This document shows, piece by piece, positions 59,407 through 64,000 of a stretch of DNA of 64,000 nucleotides. The stretch's first letter is position 1; the number at the start of each line of letters is the position of its first letter. The translations under genes were made by a program, and so were the position numbers. Source of the DNA: a bacterium (GTDB taxonomy: Bacteria; Electryoneota; JAOADG01); contig OY820579.1 of the NCBI GenBank assembly GCA_963681965.1, positions 800,001 through 864,000 of the forward strand, in the 5' to 3' direction. The notes beneath the pieces were generated by a model. It was not told the origin of the DNA. It ran no database searches and worked only from the letters and a program-made list of their open reading frames with translations.

Positions 59407-60993
59407 ATGAATATGAGATTATTAATCACTCCAGTTTGTATCGCTGTTGTAGTGCTTCTTTCGGGGATCATGCAGACAAGCCATGCCAGTGTATCGCCGC
59501 AAATCGCAATTGCCGACCTCCTGACATCCGACGTCAACACGCAATCGACAGTAGACTATTTATCGGGTTTTAATATCGACAGCGTCGCAAAGTGGATAGG
59601 ATCTTCCACCGGTTATCCCAAGCCGACGAAACTCGGCGGCATCGTCCAATTATCTCATGCCGTGAATGATAGCTACTCAGTCGTTACAAAAGTCTATATC
59701 CCTTCACACTACAATCCGTCTGCTCGAACACCGCTCTTTGTCTATTTACACGGTGGTGTTAGTCGTCCGGAAGCACCGGAGATTCCCGATTCCGAACTGG
59801 TGACCGATCCAATTCTCAAACTCTGCGAGCAAAATGGCTGGATCCTCGCTTTTCCGTTGGTGCGATTCGATTGTGTTTGGTGGAATGCCGCCGGCATGGA
59901 TCACATTCAATGGTTGATCCGGGAAATGAAGCGTGGATACAATATTGATGATGATCGGGTTGCGATCGGTGGCTTTTCCGATGGTGGTTCCGGTTCTTAT
60001 CACTTGGCAATGACTCGACCAACCGATTTCGCGGTTTTCTTTCCATGGTCGGGACACATGGCAGTTGGTGGTCTGGACGGTGGGTGGCAATTGTATGTGG
60101 CAAATATGCAGAACCGACCGGTGTATGCGACCAATGGTGGCGTCGACCAACTTTATCCTACCGACAAAATGCTCCCGATGATCCGAACGGCGATCAATGC
60201 TGGTGCGAATCTGACATTGACGGCATACGATACCGCCAAACACGACGATAGCTATCTTAAATATGAAATGGAAAATATTGCCAATCGGGTCAATCATACC
60301 TATCGTCAGCCCTTTGCGCCGACACTTTACTGGGAAGCATCCGATCTGAGAGTTGGCTCGGTCGATTGGTTGTCAATAACCGAATTCGATACACTTCTTC
60401 CCAAAGCCGAGTGGCAAAAAGAATACAATTGTCAATTGCGGGACGATCGAGTGACAATTGGGTTCATGCCCGATACTAAATCAGAAGGGGGTATAAAAGT
60501 CGCCTCGGTGATGGAAGATACCGGCTCAGCCGCAACCAAGGCAGGATTGAAAAAGGACGATCTCATCGTCAAACTGGATGATTTTCCCATCGGTAACTAT
60601 CAGGATCTTTCGAAAGCGCGGGCATCGAAAAAGCGCGGCGATAAATTTACATTGACGGTGATGCGTGACGGCAAAGAACTAATATTGAAGACAGGCTTTC
60701 CACCCGTAACGGAATATGCGGCGTTCCCGTACACACACCCTTCTGGTGCCGTCCGTGCCGTCCGCATGGGCAATCGCTTTGAGTTATCGACTTCGCGAAT
60801 TAAGAAGTTGTCACTTTACCTTCATCCTGAGATGATCAATTTCGATCAACCAGTGGTAATCGTAGCGAATGGGAAAACCATCTATGAGGGAAAAGTGCAG
60901 CAGGATATCAAGTTTATGGTGAAGCAGGTTGCACAGAATCGTGATCGCAGATTGATCTGGCGCGCGAAAATCGATTTGGATCTATCCAAATAG
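59407..60993 (+). CDS. Exported alpha/beta-hydrolase (esterase-like) with inserted PDZ domain
   Basis: Signal peptide; YLHGG; GFSDGG nucleophile elbow; D (GVDQLY) and H (AKHD); PDZ IGF..AATKAGLKKDDLI..VMRDG. Confidence 0.8.
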   Translation: MNMRLLITPVCIAVVVLLSGIMQTSHASVSPQIAIADLLTSDVNTQSTVDYLSGFNIDSVAKWIGSSTGYPKPTKLGGIVQLSHAVNDSYSVVTKVYIPSHYNPSARTPLFVYLHGGVSRPEAPEIPDSELVTDPILKLCEQNGWILAFPLVRFDCVWWNAAGMDHIQWLIREMKRGYNIDDDRVAIGGFSDGGSGSYHLAMTRPTDFAVFFPWSGHMAVGGLDGGWQLYVANMQNRPVYATNGGVDQLYPTDKMLPMIRTAINAGANLTLTAYDTAKHDDSYLKYEMENIANRVNHTYRQPFAPTLYWEASDLRVGSVDWLSITEFDTLLPKAEWQKEYNCQLRDDRVTIGFMPDTKSEGGIKVASVMEDTGSAATKAGLKKDDLIVKLDDFPIGNYQDLSKARASKKRGDKFTLTVMRDGKELILKTGFPPVTEYAAFPYTHPSGAVRAVRMGNRFELSTSRIKKLSLYLHPEMINFDQPVVIVANGKTIYEGKVQQDIKFMVKQVAQNRDRRLIWRAKIDLDLSK

Positions 60994-61020
60994 AATCGGA
61001 AGCCGATCGAAAGTAATAAT

Positions 61021-61049
61021 AAAAAGGCGGACAGTTGTCCGCCTTTTTT
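61021..61049. terminator. Bidirectional terminator
   Basis: AAAAAGGCGGACA-GT-TGTCCGCCTTTTTT between convergent genes. Confidence 0.8.
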
Positions 61050-61068
61050 ATACAAGAAGACTGACCGA

Positions 61069-62340
61069 TTAAATCATCTTGATCGTCTGTTCCCGACGCT
61101 CGCCGACACTGATGTACTCAATCGGAATTCCGGTAATCCGCTCGATTTTTTCGATGTATCGTGTTGCTTCGATCGGTAGGCGATTGAAACTGGTGACATG
61201 AGAAATATCTTGAGTCCAGCCCGGCATCATTTCATAAATCGGTTTGCATTCATGCAATTCCGAAAGCGTCATCGGAAATTGATCGATGCGTCCGCTAGGG
61301 GTTTCGTAGCCGATACAAATCGGAATTTGATCGTATCCCGATAAAACGTCAAGTTTGGTAATCGCCCACGCCGTCAAGCCGTTGACCCGCACGGAATATT
61401 TTGCCAACACATTGTCCCACCAACCGCAGCGACGGGCGCGACCGGTAGTCGTGCCGTATTCGGCTCCGCGATTGCGCAATTCAACGCCGGTATTGTCTAG
61501 AATTTCAGTCGGAAATGGTCCGTTACCAACGCGTGTGACATACGCTTTCGCAATACCGATCACGCGTTGTAGATGTCGCGGTCCGATACCCAACCCCGAA
61601 GATGCGCCTCCCGCAATCGGTTCACTGGAGGTTACGAACGGATAGGTACCGAAATTGATGTCGAGCAGTGTGCCTTGAGCGCCTTCAAGCAGAATTTTCT
61701 TTTTCTTGTTGACCGCATCGTCGAGTAATAGCGAGGCGTCGCCGATAAAAGGCTGAATTTTACGTGCGATTTTCAGTGTTTCTTCTACTACTGTGTCGAT
61801 CGAAAGCGCTGGCTCGCCGTAGTACTTGATCAACATGTCGTTGTGCGCGTTGATTTCAATTTTCAGATGTTCGCGAAGGTTTTCTTCGTGCAGGAATTCC
61901 GCAATCCGAATTCCACGACGTGAAGATTTGTCGGAATAACATGGACCGATTCCGCGACCGGTAGTGCCAATTGCCGAAAATCGTTCCTGTGATTCATCGA
62001 GACGTCGGTGGTAGGGCAGAATGGCATGTGCTCGACCATCGATGATTAACCGACCATCGACCTTAATTCCTCGTTCGATCAACTGATTGATTTCGTCGAT
62101 AAAAGTCCAAGGGTCAATTACCGATCCAGCGCCAAGCAAGCAGAGCGATTCTGGATTAAGAATACCCGATGGGATGTGGTGCAAGATGTATTTTTCATTG
62201 TCGACGACGACAGTGTGACCGGCGTTCGGACCGCCACCCCAACGTGCTACGACGTGCATATTGCCTGCGAGCAAGTCGACGATTTTACCTTTGCCTTCAT
62301 CGCCCCATTGGGCTCCGACAATGACACTAACCGACATCAT
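61069..62340 (-). CDS. purA: Adenylosuccinate synthetase
   Basis: GAQWGDEGKGK, NAGHT, IGTTGRGIGP, EGAQG, TRVGNGPFPTE, GTTTGRARRCGW, TKLDVL. Confidence 0.98.
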   Translation of the reverse strand: MMSVSVIVGAQWGDEGKGKIVDLLAGNMHVVARWGGGPNAGHTVVVDNEKYILHHIPSGILNPESLCLLGAGSVIDPWTFIDEINQLIERGIKVDGRLIIDGRAHAILPYHRRLDESQERFSAIGTTGRGIGPCYSDKSSRRGIRIAEFLHEENLREHLKIEINAHNDMLIKYYGEPALSIDTVVEETLKIARKIQPFIGDASLLLDDAVNKKKKILLEGAQGTLLDINFGTYPFVTSSEPIAGGASSGLGIGPRHLQRVIGIAKAYVTRVGNGPFPTEILDNTGVELRNRGAEYGTTTGRARRCGWWDNVLAKYSVRVNGLTAWAITKLDVLSGYDQIPICIGYETPSGRIDQFPMTLSELHECKPIYEMMPGWTQDISHVTSFNRLPIEATRYIEKIERITGIPIEYISVGERREQTIKMI

Positions 62341-62492
62341 TACTCCTTCGAGAATCTACTCAGACTAAGATCAAGACCGATGATTAGGTTATGGGTGACA
62401 CCCGCAATCGCGAAGCGGGAAGGGAATAACCCTCCAACACACGAACGCCCCAGCTTTCGCCGGGGCGCGGTAAGTATCCTTAAGTAAATATA

Positions 62493-63473
62493 CTACTTTT
62501 TGCCCTTCTTTGCCATTGCCTTGCCGAGATCCTTGACACCGGAGTCGATCAAAATCGAAGAGGCAACAAACACCGAAGAATAGGTACCAAAGATGATACC
62601 GAATAGCATAACTACCGAAAAATCATGTACTACCTGACCGCCAAAGAAATAAAGAACCACGAGTCCGAAAACGACGGTTGTTACGGTCAAAATCGTTCGC
62701 GACAACGTCTCATTCACTGAGGCGTTGATGATGTTAATCATGCTGTCGCCTCGTCGCTTCTTAACATTTTCCCGAATTCGGTCGTATACCACAATTGTAT
62801 CGTTGATCGAATAACCGAGAATGGTCAACAACACGGCAACAATCTGCATCGAGAATTCTTTGCCGAGTATTGCCGCAAAGCCGGCAGTGATGATGACGTC
62901 GTGAATAAGTGCAATCGTCGCACCCAAACCGAAGATCCATTCAAACCGCCACCAGAGGTAGATCATGATCAAAATACAAGTCACCAGAATCGCCCAAAGC
63001 GCGGCAATAATCAATTCCTTACCGACTTTCGGACCGACTGCCTGAACCTGACGAAGTTCAACTGTTGACGGGGCGATCTTCCCGGACAACTCTTTGATCA
63101 GGTTATTGGCAATTTCCTGCGAAGCTACTTCCGACTGTTTAATACGGACGAGGATGTCGGCGTTGCCTTCGATATCGGTAATCGTTTTGACTTCGGCGTC
63201 TTGATATCCGATCACACTAGCCGCTTTTCGAACCGGCTCTTCGCCAATGTTCGCCGAGGGACGGATCGTGATTTCCACACCACCGCGGAAGTCGATCGAA
63301 AGGTCGACTCCCTTGGTCACAAAGGTGATTAACGAAAACAGAATGCAAGCTGCGCTGAAAAAGTAACCGAGCTTGCGTTTACTCATAAAGTCAAAGTGTG
63401 TCAGACTGAAAAATGAAAAGAACTTCACATCTGTCTTAACACTAGTCTGTTGGGTTGTGGGTGTCGTATTCAT
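62493..63473 (-). CDS. secF: Protein translocase subunit SecF
   Basis: IDFRGG, VGPKVGKEL, HDVIIT, GYSINDTIVVYDRIRE, TLSRT, GTYSSVFVA. Confidence 0.96.
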   Translation of the reverse strand: MNTTPTTQQTSVKTDVKFFSFFSLTHFDFMSKRKLGYFFSAACILFSLITFVTKGVDLSIDFRGGVEITIRPSANIGEEPVRKAASVIGYQDAEVKTITDIEGNADILVRIKQSEVASQEIANNLIKELSGKIAPSTVELRQVQAVGPKVGKELIIAALWAILVTCILIMIYLWWRFEWIFGLGATIALIHDVIITAGFAAILGKEFSMQIVAVLLTILGYSINDTIVVYDRIRENVKKRRGDSMINIINASVNETLSRTILTVTTVVFGLVVLYFFGGQVVHDFSVVMLFGIIFGTYSSVFVASSILIDSGVKDLGKAMAKKGKK

Positions 63474-63521
63474 CTTCGCTTTTCGTTATAAATTCAATGA
63501 TCTGAAACGAGTGTTCTCGAC

Positions 63522-64000
63522 TTATATCGATAATGATTTCGGCATAACCTTTTTCAGGTAGAGGTCGAATGTCGCACGGGACATATACAGTGCTGTGAAC
63601 ATCGAACAAGCAATACCGATCATCAGTGTTAACGCAAATCCGCGAACCGGACCGGTACCAAATTGGTACAATGCAATACCAGAGAACACGGTTGTTAAAT
63701 TACTGTCGAAAATCGTGATAAAAGCGCGTTCAAAACCGGCTTTCACCGCGTGTGCCGGCGTTTTGCCGCTTAACAATTCTTCACGAATACGCTCGTAAAT
63801 CAGCACGTTGGCGTCAACTGCCATACCCATCGACAAAATCAAACCGGCAATACCGGGAACGGTCAACGTTGCTTGGAACATTGCCAGAATTGCAAAGGTA
63901 AAGACAACATTCATTACCAGCGCGATATCGGCAATCAAGCCGGATAGACGATAGTAAAGTGCCATAAACCCGGCAATAATAAGGAAGCTGATGATGAAGC
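63522..64000 (-). CDS. secD: Protein translocase subunit SecD, C-terminal part (5' end outside window)
   Basis: TLTVPGIAGLILSMGMAVDANVLIYERIREE, DSNLTT, GTGPVRGFA. Confidence 0.95.
   Translation of the reverse strand, partial: FIISFLIIAGFMALYYRLSGLIADIALVMNVVFTFAILAMFQATLTVPGIAGLILSMGMAVDANVLIYERIREELLSGKTPAHAVKAGFERAFITIFDSNLTTVFSGIALYQFGTGPVRGFALTLMIGIACSMFTALYMSRATFDLYLKKVMPKSLSI

Overview
Gene-dense bacterial chromosomal window, mostly housekeeping. It contains holB, metG, hisC, malQ, a rrf2-sufCBD-Rieske-sufS operon, a GldAFG-type ABC system, surE, an amidase, a thiolase/acyl-CoA dehydrogenase/CoA-transferase cluster, SRAP, recJ, RNase P RNA, an RNase H-like gene, a tRNA(CAT), purA and secF/secD. 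Two secreted proteins carry T9SS-type (YPNPFN) C-terminal domains. Together with the GldAFG-like genes this suggests an FCB-superphylum lineage (inference only). I saw no CRISPR array, transposase, integrase or prophage. The most unusual items are: (1) an orphan protein with Zn-ribbon + H-lectin/tail-fibre-like beta-sandwich + HEPN-like RxxxxH architecture; (2) a cluster of ECF sigma, zinc anti-sigma, catalytically dead HtrA-PDZ lipoprotein, atypical ClpX and CopZ, with its own ECF-type promoter; (3) translationally coupled lipoprotein, GAF-sigma54 activator and PEGA Ser/Thr kinase genes; (4) tandem pilin-like paralogs without a prepilin cleavage motif; (5) several other degenerate pseudo-enzymes and candidate regulatory elements (two perfect FNR-type boxes, a sigma28-like promoter, a 6S-like RNA). 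All calls were made by eye from motifs; no database searches were run.
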